A stretch of DNA of 64,000 nucleotides from Eledone cirrhosa (GCA_964016885.1 OZ024741.1:246326001-246390000), one strand, 5' to 3'; positions 1-13,200 are shown, counted from the first letter of the stretch. Program-made: numbers and translations. The notes: a model not told the origin generated them from the letters alone.

Positions 1-1049
1 TTTTTTTTACAAATCTCCCCCTGATTTTTTTAAAAAAATTATCTCCCCTTCGCTGGCTGGAAATTATCTTCCCTTGGACGGCTGGAAATTATCTCCCCTT
101 GATTTTTTTTACAAATTATCTCCGCCTGATTTTTTTTTAAAATTATCTCTCCTTGGACGGCTGGAAATTATCTCCCCTTGATTTTTTTTACAAATAATCT
201 CCCCCTGATTTTTTTTTACAAATTATCTCCCCCTGATTTTTTTTTACAAATTATCTACCCCTGATTTTTTTTACAAATTATCTCCCCCTGATTTTTTTTA
301 CAAATTATCTCCCCCTGATTTTTCTTTTACAAATTATCTCCCCCTGATTTTTTTACAAATTATCTCCCCCTGATTTTTTTTACAAATTGTCTCTGCCTGA
401 TTTTTTTAAATATTATCTTCCCGTGGCTGGCGGGAAATTACCTCCCCTTGGACGGCTGGAAATTATCTGTCCTTGATTTTCTTTTTACAAATTATCTTCC
501 ACTGATTTTTTTTACAAATTATCTCCACCTGATTTTTTTAAAAATTATCTCCCCTTGGAAGGCTGGAAATTATCTCCCCTTGGCTGGAAATTATCTCCCC
601 TTGGACGGCTAGAAATTATCTCTCTTTGGACGGCTGGAAATTATCACCCCTTGAGTTTTTTACAAATTATCTCCCCCTGATTTTTTTTACAAATCTCCCA
701 GTGATTTTTAAAAAAAAATTATCTCCCCTTCGCTGGCTGGAAATTATCTCCCCTTGGACGCTGGAAATTATAGCCCCTTGGAGGGCTGGAAATTATCTTC
801 CCTTGGACGGCTGGAAATTATCTCCCCTTGATTTTTTTTACAAATTATCTCCCCCTGATTTTTTTTTACAAATTATCTTCCCCTGATTTTTTTTTACAAC
901 TTATCTGCGCCTGATTTTTTTAAAAAAATTATCTCCCCTCGGACGGCTGGAAATTATCTCTCCTTGGACGGCTAGAATTTACCTCTCCTTGGACGGCTGA
1001 AAATTATCTCCCCTTGGACGGCTGGAAATTATCTCCCCTTGATTTTTTT

Positions 1050-4000
1050 TACAAATTATCTACCCCTGATTTTTTTTACAAATTATCTCCCCCTGATTTT
1101 TTTTACAAATTATCTCCCCCTGATTTTTTTTTTACAAATTATCTCCCCCTGATTTTTTTACAAATTATCTCCCCCTGATTTTTTTTACAAATTATCTCCG
1201 CCGGATTTTTTTAAATATTATCTTCCCTTGGCTTGCGGGAAATTATCTCCCCTTGGACGGCTGAAAATTATCTCCCCTTGGACGGCTGGAAATTATCTCC
1301 CCTTGATTTTTTTTACAAATTATCTCCCCCTGACTTTTTTTTACAAATTATCTCCCCCTGATTTTTTTTACAAATTATCTCCCCCTGATTTTTTTACAAA
1401 TTATCTCCCCTTGGCTGGCTGGAAATTACCTCCCCTTGTAGGCTGGAATTTATCTCCCCTTGGACGGCTAGAAATTACCTCTACTTGGACGGCTGGAAAA
1501 TATGTCTCCTTGGACGGCTGGATATTATCTCCCCTTGGACGGCTGGAAATTATCTCCCCTTGGACGGCTGGAAATTATCTCCCCTTGATTTTTTTTACAA
1601 ATTATCTCCCCCTGATTTTTTTACAAATCTCCCAGTGATTTTTAAAAAAAAATTATCTTCCCTTCGCTGGCTGGAAATTATCTCCCCTTGGACGCTGGAA
1701 ATTATAGCCCCTTGGAGGGCTGGAAATTATCTTCCCTTGGACGGCTGGAAATTATCTCCCCTTGATTTTTTTTACAAATTATCTCCCCCTGATTTTTTTT
1801 TACAAATTATCTCCCCCTGATTTTTTTTTACAACTTATCTGCGCCTGATTTTTTTAAAAAAATTATCTCCCCTTGGACGGCTGGAAATTATCTCCCCTTG
1901 GACGGCTGGAAATTATCTCTCCTTGGACGGCTAGAATTTACCTCTCCTTGGACGGCTGAAAATTATCTCCCCTTGGACGGCTGGAAATTATCTCCCCTTG
2001 ATTTTTTTTACAAATTATCTCCCCCTGATTTTTTTTTACAAATTATCTCCCCCTGATTTTTTTTTACAAATTATCTCCCCCTGATTTTTTTTTACAAATT
2101 ATCTCCCCCTGATTTTTTTTACAAATTATCTCCCCCTGATTTTTTTACAAATTATCTCCCCTTGGCTGGCTGGAAATTATCTCCCCTTGGAGGCTGGAAC
2201 TTATCTCCCCTTGGACGGCTAGAAATTACCTCTCCTTGGACGGCTGAAAATTATCTCCCCTTGGACGGCTGGAAATTATCTCCCCTTGATTTTTTTACAA
2301 ATTATCTCCCCCTGATTTTTTTTTACAAATTATCTCCCCCTGATTTTTTTTTACAAATTATCTACCCCTGATTTTTTTTTACAAATTATCTCCCCCTGAT
2401 TTTTTTTACAAATTATCTCCCCCTGATTTTTTTTACAAATTATCTCCCCCTGATTTTTTTTTACAAATTATCTCCCCCTGATTTTTTTACAAATTATCTC
2501 CCCCTGATTTTTTTTACAAATTATCTCCGCCTGATTTTTTAAAATATTATCTCCCCTTGGACGGCTGGAAATTATCTGCCCTTGATTTTCTTTTTACAAA
2601 TTAACTTCCACTGATTTTTTTTACAAATTATCTCCACCTGATTTTTTTAAAAATTATCTCCCCTTGGAAGGCTGGAAATTATCTCCCCTTGGCTGGAAAT
2701 TACCTCCCCTTGGACGGCTAGAAATTATCTCTCTTTGGACGGCTGGAAATTATCACCCCTTGAGTTTTTTACAAATTATCTCCCCCTGATTTTTTTTACA
2801 AATCTCCCAGTGATTTTTAAAAAAAAATTATCTTCCCTTCGCTGGCTGGAAATTATCTCCCCTTGGACGCTGGAAATTATAGCCCCTTGGAGGGCTGGAA
2901 ATTATCTTCCCTTGGACGGCTGGAAATTATCTCCCCTTGATTTTTTTTACAAATTATCTCCCCCTGATTTTTTTTTACAAATTATCTCCCCCTGATTTTT
3001 TTTACAACTTATCTGCGCCTGATTTTTTTAAAAAAATTATCTCCCCTCGGACGGCTGGAAATTATCTCCCCTTGGACGGCTGGAAATTATCTCTCCTTGG
3101 ACGGCTGAAAATTATCTCCCCTTGGACGGCTGGAAATTATCTCCCCTTGATTTTTTTTACAAATTATCTCCCCCTGATTTTTTTTACAAATTATCTCCCC
3201 CTGATTTTTTTTTACAAATTATCTCCCCCTGATTTTTTTTACAAATTATCTCCCCCTGATTTTTTTACAAATTATCTCCCCTTGGCTGGCTGGAAATTAT
3301 CTCCCCTTGGAGGCTGGAACTTATCTCCCCTTGGACGGCTAGAAATTACCTCTCCTTGGACGGCTGGAAAATATGTCTCCTTGGACGGCTGGATATTATC
3401 TCACCTTGGACGGCTAGAAATTATCTCCCCTTGGACGGCAGGAAATTATCTCCCCTTGGATGGCTAGATATTACCTCCCCTTGGACGGCTGGAAATTATC
3501 TCCCCTTGATTTTTTTTACAAATTATCTGCCCCTGATTTTTTTTTACAAATTATCTCCCCCTGATTTTTTTTTACAAATTATCTCCCCCTGATTTTTTTT
3601 TTAAAATTATCTCCCCTTGGACGGCTGGAAATTATCTCCCCTTGGACGGCTAGAAATTACCTCTCCTTGGACGGCTGAAAATTATCTCCCCTTGGACGGC
3701 TGGAAATTATCTCCCCTTGATTTTTTTACAAATTATTTCCGCCTGATTTTTTTTTACAAATTATCTCCCCCTGATTTTTTTTTACAAATTATCTACCCCT
3801 GATTTTTTTTTACAAATTATCTCCCCCTGATTTTTTTTTACAAATTATCTACCCCTGATTTTTTTTACAAATTATCTCCCCCTGATTTTTTTTACAAATT
3901 ATCTCCCCCTGATTTTTTTTTTTACAAATTATCTCCCCCTGATTTTTTTACAAATTATCTCCCCCTGATTTTTTTTACAAATTATCTCCGCCGGATTTTT

Positions 4001-5200
4001 TTAAATATTATCTTCCCTTGGCTGGCGGGAAATTATCTCCCCTTGGACGGCTGAAAATTATCTCCCCTTGGACGGCTGGAAATTATCTCCCCTTGATTTT
4101 TTTTACAAATTATCTCCCCCTGACTTTTTTTTACAAATTATCTCCCCCTGATTTTTTTTACAAATTATCTCCCCCTGATTTTTTTACAAATTATCTCCCC
4201 TTGGCTGGCTGGAAATTACCTCCCCTTGTAGGCTGGAATTTATCTCCCCTTGGACGGCTAGAAATTACCTCTACTTGGACGGCTGGAAAATATGTCTCCT
4301 TGGACGGCTGGATATTATCTCCCCTTGGACGGCTGGAAATTATCTCCCCTTGGACGGCTGGAAATTATCTCCCCTTGATTTTTTTTACAAATTATCTCCC
4401 CCTGATTTTTTTACAAATCTCCCAGTGATTTTTAAAAAAAAATTATCTTCCCTTCGCTGGCTGGAAATTATCTCCCCTTGGACGCTTGAAATTATAGCCC
4501 CTTGGAGGGCTGGAAATTATCTTCCCTTGGACGGCTGGAAATTATCTCCCCTTGATTTTTTTTACAAATTATCTCCCCCTGATTTTTTTTTACAAATTAT
4601 CTCCCCCTGATTTTTTTTTACAACTTATCTGCGCCTGATTTTTTTAAAAAAATTATCTCCCCTTGGACGGCTGGAAATTATCTCCCCTTGGACGGCTGGA
4701 AATTATCTCTCCTTGGACGGCTAGAATTTACCTCTCCTTGGACGGCTGAAAATTATCTCCCCTTGGACGGCTGGAAATTATCTCCCCTTGATTTTTTTTA
4801 CAAATTATCTCCCCCTGATTTTTTTTTACAAATTATCTCCCCCTGATTTTTTTTTACAAATTATCTCCCCCTGATTTTTTTTTACAAATTATCTCCCCCT
4901 GATTTTTTTTACAAATTATCTCCCCCTGATTTTTTTACAAATTATCTCCCCTTGGCTGGCTGGAAATTATCTCCCCTTGGAGGCTGGAACTTATCTCCCC
5001 TTGGACGGCTAGAAATTACCTCTCCTTGGACGGCTGAAAATTATCTCCCCTTGGACGGCTGGAAATTATCTCCCCTTGATTTTTTTACAAATTATCTCCC
5101 CCTGATTTTTTTTTACAAATTATCTCCCCCTGATTTTTTTTTACAAATTATCTACCCCTGATTTTTTTTACAAATTATCTCCCCCTGATTTTTTTTTACA
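1050..5200. repeat. ~1.35-kb segment duplicated at 2,790-bp spacing (~1050-2400 and ~3840-5200; third copy ~15345-16705)
   Basis: ORFs 1228/4018, 1485/4275 and 2162/4952 all have a +2790 offset. Shared variants are ctgactttt, cttgtaggctgg and ctctacttgg. Confidence 0.88.
3269..3492. repeat. Representative longest A-run (9 monomers, 224 bp) with a fixed order of variants
   Basis: The order is tggctggctgg, ggaggctgg, aacttatc..ctag, aaattacctctcc, aaaatatgtctcc, atattatc, consensus-like, tggatggctag, atattacc. The same order is seen at ~12094, ~27086, ~27711 and ~31128. Confidence 0.9.
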
Positions 5201-7152
5201 AATTATCTACCCCTGATTTTTTTTACAAATTATCTCCCCCCGATTTTTTTTACAAATTATCTCCCCTTGATTTTTTTTTTTACAAATTATCTCCCCCTGA
5301 TTTTTTTACAAATTATCTCCCCCTGATTTTTTTTACAAATTATCTCCGCCGGATTTTTTTAAATATTATCTTCCCTTGGCTGGCGGGAAATTATCTCCCC
5401 TTGGACGGCTGAAAATTATCTCCCCTTGGACGGCTGGAAATTATCTCCCCTTGATTTTTTTTACAAATTATCTCCCCCTGATTTTTTTTTACAAATTATC
5501 TCCCCCTGATTTTTTTACAAATTATCTCCCCTTGGCTGGCTGGAAATTACCTCCCCTTGTAGGCTGGAATTTATCTCCCCTTGGACGGCTAGAAATTACC
5601 TCTCCTTGGACGGCTGGAAAATATGTCTCCTTGGACGGCTGGATATTATCTCCCCTTGGATGGCTGGAAATTATCTCCCCTTGGACGGCTGGAAATTATC
5701 TCCCCTTGATTTTTTTTACAAATTATCTCCTCCTGATTTTTTTTACAAATCTCCCAATGATTTTTTAAAAAAAATTATCTCCCCTTCGCTGGCTGGAAAT
5801 TATCTCCCCTTGGACGCTGGAAATTATAGCCCCTTGGAGGGCTGGAAATTATCTTCCCTTGGACGGCTGGAAATTATCTCCCCTTGATTTTTTTTACAAA
5901 TTATCTCCCCCTGATTTTTTTTTACAAATTATCTCCCCCTGATTTTTTTTTACAAATTATCTCCCCCTGATTTTTTATTTACAAATTATCTCCGCCTGAT
6001 TTTTTTTTAAAAATTACCTCCCCTTGGACGGCTGGAAATTATCTCCCCTTGGACGGCTGGAAATTATCTCCCCTTGGACGGCTAGAAATTATCTCTCCTT
6101 GGACGGCTGAAAATTATCTCCCCTTGGACGGCTGCAAATTATCTCCCCTTGATTTTTTTTACAAATTATCTCCCCCTGATTTTTTTTACAAATTATCTCC
6201 CCCTGATTTTTTTTACAAATTATCTACCCCTGATTTTTTTTACAAATTATCTCCCCCTGATTTTTTTTTACAAATTATCTCCCCCTGATTTTTTTTACAA
6301 ATTATCTCCGCCTGATTTTTTTAAATATTATCTTCCCTTGGCTGGCGGGAAATTATCTCCCCTTGGACGGCTGGAAATTATCTGCCCTTGATTTTTTTTA
6401 CAAATTATCTCCCCCTGATTTTTTTTTTACAAATTATCTCCCCCTAATTTTTTTTTACAAATTATCTCCCCCTGATTTTTTTTACAAATTATCTCCCTCT
6501 GATTTTTTTACAAATTATCTCCCCTTGGCTGGCTGGAAATTATCTCCCCTTGGACGGCTAGAAATTACCTCTCCTTGGACGGCTGGAAAATATGTCTCCT
6601 TGGACGGCTGGATATTATCTCCCCTTGGACGGCTGGAAATTATCTCCCCTTGGACGGCTGGAAATTATCTCCCCTTGGACGGATAGATATTACCTCCCCT
6701 TGGACGGCTGGAAATTATCTCCCCTTGATTTTTTTACAAATTATCTCCCCCTGATTTATTTTACAAATCTCCCAATGATTTTAAAAAAAAAATTATCTCC
6801 CCTTCGCTGGCTGGAAATTATCTCCCCTTGGACGCTGGAAATTATAGCCCCTTGGAGGGCTGGAAATTATCTTCCCTTGGACGGCTGGAAATTATCTCCC
6901 CTTGATTTTTTTTACAAATTATCTCCCCCTGATTTTTTTTACAAATTATCTCCCCCTGATTTTTTTTACAAATTATCTACCCCTGATTTTTTTTACAAAT
7001 TATCTCCCCCTGATTTTTTTTTACAAATTATCTCCCCCTGATTTTTTTTTACAAATTATCTCCCCCTGATTTTTTTACAAATTATCTCCCCCTGATTTTT
7101 TTTACAATCTCCGCCTGATTTTTTTAAAAATTATCTTCCCTTGGCTGGCTGG

Positions 7153-7300
7153 AAATTATCTCCCCTTGGACACTGGAAATTATAGCCCCTTGGAGGGCTG
7201 GAAATTATCTTCCCTTGGACGGCTGGAAATTATCTCCCCTTGGACACTGGAAATTATAGCCCCTTGGAGGGCTGGAAATTATCTTCCCTTGGACGGCTGG
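7153..7300. repeat. Perfect 2 x 74-bp tandem duplication of an A-monomer trimer (also at 18658-18805)
   Basis: The unit ...ggacactgg / ...tagccccttggagggctgg / ...cttcccttggacggctgg occurs at 7153-7226 and 7227-7300. It is single-copy in the paralogous segment at ~13303. Confidence 0.92.
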
Positions 7301-9913
7301 AAATTATCTCCCCTTGATTTTTTTTACAAATTATCTCCGCCTGATTTTTTTTTACAAATTATCTCCCCCTGATTTTTTTTTACAAATTATCTACCCCTGA
7401 TTTTTTTTTACAAATTATCTCCCCCTGATTTTTTTTACAAATTATCTCCCCCTGATTTTTCTTTTACAAATTATCTCCCCCTGATTTTTTTACAAATTAT
7501 CTCCCCCTGATTTTTTTTACAAATTATCTCCGCCTGATTTTTTTAAATATTATCTTCCCTTGGCTGGCGGGAAATTATCTCCCCTTGGACGGCTGGAAAT
7601 TATCTGCCCTTGATTTTCTTTTTACAAATTATCTTCCACTGATTTTTTTTACAAATTATCTCCACCTGATTTTTTAAAAAATTATCTCCCCTTGGAAGGC
7701 TGGAAATTATCTCCCCTTGGACGGCTGGAAATTATCTCCCCTTGGACGGCTAGAAATTATCTCTCCTTGGACGGCTGAAAATTATCTCCCCTTGGACGGC
7801 TGCAAATTATCTCCCCTTGATTTTTTTTACAAATTATCTCCCCCTGATTTTTTTTACAAATTATCTCCCCCTGATTTTTTTTACAAATTATCTACCCCTG
7901 ATTTTTTTTACAAATTATCTCCCCCTGATATTTTTTTACAAATTATCTCCCCCTGATTTTTTTTTACAAATTATCTCCCCCTGATTTTTTTTTTACAAAT
8001 TATCTCCCCCTGATTTTTTTACAAATTATCTCCCCCTGATTTTTTTTACAATCTCCGCCTGATTTTTTTAAAAATTATCTTCCCTTGGCTGGCGGGAAAT
8101 TATCTCCCCTTGGACGGCTGGAAATTATCTCCCCTTGGAAGGATGGAAATTATCTCCCCTTGGACGGCTGGAAATTATCTCCCCTTGCACGGCTGGAAAT
8201 TATCTCCCCTTGGCTGGAAATTATCTCCCCTTGGACGGCTAGAAATTATCTCTCTTTGGACGGCTGGAAATTATCTCCCTTTGATTTTTTTTACAAATTA
8301 TCTCCCTCTGATTTTTTTTACAAATCTCCCCCTTATTTTTTTAAAAAAATTATCTCCCCTTCGCTGGCTGGAAATTATCTTCCCTTGGACGGCTGGAAAT
8401 TATCTCACCTTGATTTTTTTTACAAATTATCTCCGCCTGATTTTTTTTTAAAATTATCTCTCCTTGGACGGCTGGAAATTATCTCCCCTTGATTTTTTTT
8501 ACAAATAATCTCCCCCTGATTTTTTTTTATAAATTATCTTGGACGGCTGGAAATTATCTCCCCTTGGACGGCTAGAAATTACCTCTCCTTGGACGGCTGA
8601 AAATTATCTCCCCTTGGACGGCTGGAAATTATCTCCCCTTGATTTTTTTACAAATTATCTCCCCCTGATTTTTTTTTTACAAATTATCTCCCCCTGATTT
8701 TTTTTTACAAATTATCTACCCCTGATTTTTTTTTACAAATTATCTCCCCCTGATTTTTTTTTACAAATTATCTACCCCTGATTTTTTTTACAAATTATCT
8801 CCCCCTGATTTTTTTTACAAATTATCTCCCCCTGATTTTTTTTTTTACAAATTATCTCCCCCTGATTTTTTTACAAATTATCTCCCCCTGATTTTTTTTA
8901 CAAATTATCTCCGCCGGATTTTTTTAAATATTATCTTCCCTTGGCTTGCGGGAAATTATCTCCCCTTGGACGGCTGAAAATTATCTCCCCTTGGACGGCT
9001 GGAAATTATCTCCCCTTGATTTTTTTTACAAATTATCTCCCCCTGATTTTTTTTTACAAATTATCTCCCCCTGATTTTTTTTACAAATTATCTCCCCCTG
9101 ATTTTTTTTTACAAATTATCTCCCCCTGATTTTTTTTACAAATTATCTCCCCCTGATTTTTTTTACAAATTATCTCCCCCTGATTTTTTTTTACAAATTA
9201 TCTCCCCCTGATTTTTTTACAAATTATCCCCCCCTGATTTTTTTTACAAATTATCTCCGCCTGATTTTTTAAAATATTATCTTCCCTTGGCTGGCGGGAA
9301 ATTATCTCCCCTTGGACGGCTGGAAATTATCTGCCCTTGATTTTCTTTTTACAAATTAACTTCCACTGATTTTTTTTACAAATTATCTCCCCTGATTTTT
9401 TTAAAAATTATCTCCCCTTGGAAGGCTGGAAATTATCTCCCCTTGGCTGGAAATTATCTCCCCTTGGACGGCTAGAAATTATCTCTCTTTGGACGGCTGG
9501 AAATTATCACCCCTTGAGTTTTTTACAAATTATCTCCCCCTGATTTTTTTTACAAATCTCCCAGTGATTTTTAAAAAAAAATTATCTTCCCTTCGCTGGC
9601 TGGAAATTATCTCCCCTTGGACGCTGGAAATTATAGCCCCTTGGAGGGCTGGAAATTATCTTCCCTTGGACGGCTGGAAATTATCTCCCCTTGATTTTTT
9701 TTACAAATTATCTCCCCCTGATTTTTTTTTACAAATTATCTCCCCCTGATTTTTTTTTACAACTTATCTGCGCCTGATTTTTTTAAAAAAATTATCTCTC
9801 CTTGGACGGCTGGAAATTATCTACCCTTGGACGGCTGGAAATTATCTCTCCTTGGACGGCTAGAATTTACCTCTCCTTGGACGGCTGAAAATTATCTCCC
9901 CTTGGACGGCTGG

Positions 9914-10246
9914 AAATTATCTCCCCTTGATTTTTTTTACAAATTATCTCCCCCTGATTTTTTTTTACAAATTATCTCCCCCTGATTTTTTTTTACAAAT
10001 TATCTCCCCCTGATTTTTTTTTACAAATTATCTCCCCCTGATTTTTTTTACAAATTATCTCCCCCTGATTTTTTTTTACAAATTATCTCCCCCTGATTTT
10101 TTTTTACAAATTATCTCCCCCTGATTTTTTTTTACAAATTATCTCCCCCTGATTTTTTTTTACAAATTATCTCCCCCTGATTTTTTTTACAAATTATCTC
10201 CCCCTGATTTTTTTTTACAAATTATCTCCGCCTGATTTTTTTTTAA
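9914..10246. repeat. Representative longest B-run (12 poly-T monomers, ~333 bp)
   Basis: Twelve consecutive core+(C/T)TGA-T8/9 monomers. The run recurs at ~21419, ~28995, ~36840 and ~49826. Confidence 0.9.
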
Positions 10247-13200
10247 AAATTACCTCCCCTTGGACGGCTGGAAATTATCTCCCCTTGGACGGCTGGAAAT
10301 TATCTCCCCTTGGACGGCTAGAAATTATCTCTCCTTGGACGGCTGAAAATTATCTCCCCTTGGACGGCTGCAAATTATCTCCCCTTGATTTTTTTTACAA
10401 ATTATCTCCCCCTGATTTTTTTTACAAATTATCTCCCCCTGATTTTTTTTACAAATTATCTACCCCTGATTTTTTTTACAAATTATCTCCCCCTGATTTT
10501 TTTTTACAAATTATCTCCCCCTGATTTTTTTTTACAAATTATCTCCCCCTGATTTTTCTTTTACAAATTATCTCCCCCTGATTTTTTTACAAAGTATCTC
10601 CCCCTGATTTTTTTTACAATCTCCGCCTGATTTTTTTAAAAATTATCTTCCCTTGGCTGGCGGGAAATTATCTCCCCTTGGACGGCTGGAAATTATCTCC
10701 CCTTGGAAGGATGGAAATTATCTCCCCTTGGACGGCTGGAAATTATCTCCCCTTGCACGGCTGGAAATTATCTCCCCTTGGACGGCTAGAAATTATCTCT
10801 CTTTGGACGGCTGGAAATTATCTCCCTTTGATTTTTTTTACAAATTATCTCCCTCTGATTTTTTTTACAAATCTCCCCCTGATTTTTTAAAAAAAATTAT
10901 CTCCCCTTCGCTGGCTGGAAATTATCTCCCCTTGGACACTGGAAATTATAGCCCCTTGGAGGGCTGGAAATTATCTTCCCTTGGACGGCTGGAAATTATC
11001 TCCCCCTGATTTTTTTAACAAATTATCTCCGCCTTATTTTTTTTAAAAATTATCTCTCCTTGGACGGCTGGAAATTATCTCCCCTTGATTTTTTTTACAA
11101 ATAATCTCCCCCTGATTTTTTTTTACAAATTATCTCCCCTTGATTTTTTTTTACAAATTATCTACCCCTGATTTTTTTTTACAAATTATCTCCCCCTGAT
11201 TTTTTACAAATTATCTCCCCCTGATTTTTCTTTTACAAATTATCTCCCCCTGATTTTTTTTACAAATTATCTCCGCCTGATTTTTTTAAATATTATCTTC
11301 CCTTGGCTGGCGGGAAATTATCTCCCCTTGGACGGCTGGAAATTATCTGCCCTTGATTTTCTTTTTACAAATTATCTTCCACTGATTTTTTTTACAAATT
11401 ATCTCCACCTGATTTTTTAAAAAATTATCTCCCCTTGGAAGGCTGGAAATTATCTCCCCTTGGCTGGAAATTATCTCCCCTTGGACGGCTAGAAATTATC
11501 TCTCTTTGTACGGCTGGAAATTATCACCCCTTGAGTTTTTTACAAATTATCTCCCCCTGATTTTTTTTACAAATCTCCCAGTGTTTTTAAAAAAAAATTA
11601 TCTCCCCTTCGCTGGCTGGAAATTATCTCCCCTTGGACGCTGGAAATTATAGCCCCTTGGAGGGCTGGAAATTATCTTCCCTTGGACGGCTGGAAATTAT
11701 CTCCCCTTGATTTTTTTTACAAATTATCTCCCCCTGATTTTTTTTTACAAATTATCTCCCCCTGATTTTTTTTTACAACTTATCTGCGCCTGATTTTTTA
11801 AAAAAAATTATCTTCCCTTGGACGGCTGGAAATTATCTCCCCTTGGACGGCTGGAAATTATCTCTCCTTGGACGGCTAGAATTTACCTCTCTTTGGACGG
11901 CTGAAAATTATCTCCCCTTGGACGGCTGGAAATTATCTCCCCTTGATTTTTTTTACAAATTATCTCCCCCTGATTTTTTTTTACAAATTATCTCCCCCTG
12001 ATTTTTTTTTACAAATTATCTCCCCCTGATTTTTTTTTACAAATTATCTCCCCCTGATTTTTTTTACAAATTATCTCCCCCTGATTTTTTTACAAATTAT
12101 CTCCCCTTGGCTGGTTGGAAATTATCTCCCCTTGGAGGCTGGAACTTATGTCCCCTTGGACGGCTAGAAATTACCTCTCCTTGGACGGCTGGAAAATATG
12201 TCTCCTTGGACGGCTGGATATTATCTCCCCTTGGACGGCTGGAAATTATCTCCCCTTGGACGGCTGGAAATTATCTCCCCTTGGATGGCTAGATATTACC
12301 TCCCCTTGGACGGCTGGAAATTATCTCCCCTTGATTTTTTTTACAAATTATCTCCCCCTGATTTTTTTTTACAAATTATCTCCCCCTGATTTTTTTTTAC
12401 AAATTATCTCCCCCTGATTTTTGTTTACAAATTATCTCCGCCTGATTTTTTTTTTAAAATTATCTCCCCTTGGACGGCTGGAAATTATCTCCCCTTGGAC
12501 GGCTAGAAATTACCTATCCTTGGACGGCTGAAAATTATCTCCCCTTGGACGGCTGGAAATTATCTCCCCTTGATTTTTTTTACAAATTATCTCCCCCTGA
12601 TTTTTTTTACAAATTATCTCCCCCTGATTTTTTTACAAATTATCTCCCCCTGATTTTTTTTTACAAATTATCTCCCCCTGATTTTTTTTACAAATTATCT
12701 CCCTCTGATTTTTTTACAAATTATCTCCCCTTGGCTGGCTGGAAATTATCTCCCCTTGGACGGCTAGAAATTACCTCTCCTTGGACGGCTGGAAAATATG
12801 TCTCCTTGGACGGCTGGATATTATCTCCCCTTGGACGGCTGGAAATTATCTCCCCTTGGACGGCTGGAAATTATCTCCCCTTGGACGGATAGATATTACC
12901 TCCCCTTGGACGGCTGGAAATTATCTCCCCTTGATTTTTTTACAAATTATCTCCCCCTGATTTATTTTACAAATCTCCCAATGATTTTAAAAAAAAATTA
13001 TCTCCCCTTCGCTGGCTGGAAATTATCTCCCCTTGGACGCTGGAAATTATAGCCCCTTGGAGGGCTGGAAATTATCTTCCCTTGGACGGCTGGAAATTAT
13101 CTCCCCTTGATTTTTTTTACAAATTATCTCCCCCTGATTTTTTTTACAAATTATCTCCCCCTGATTTTTTTTACAAATTATCTCCCCCTGATTTTTTTTT

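Noticed and set aside
432-442. kappaB-like GGGAAATTACC and NFAT-like TGGAAA motifs
   Set aside because: These are short or imperfect matches expected from the repeat composition. The kappaB-like form is confined to a rare variant and has no gene context.
4021-4028. Chi-like octamer GCTGGCGG (and GCTGGCTGG)
   Set aside because: It is not an exact E. coli Chi site (GCTGGTGG). It arises trivially from the A arm, and nothing indicates a RecBCD context.
9914-10246. Intrinsic terminators, Pol III terminators or retroposon poly(A) tails suggested by the T tracts
   Set aside because: There is no GC-rich hairpin before the T runs, no A/B-box gene, and no element body or target-site duplication. The tracts are integral to the B monomer.
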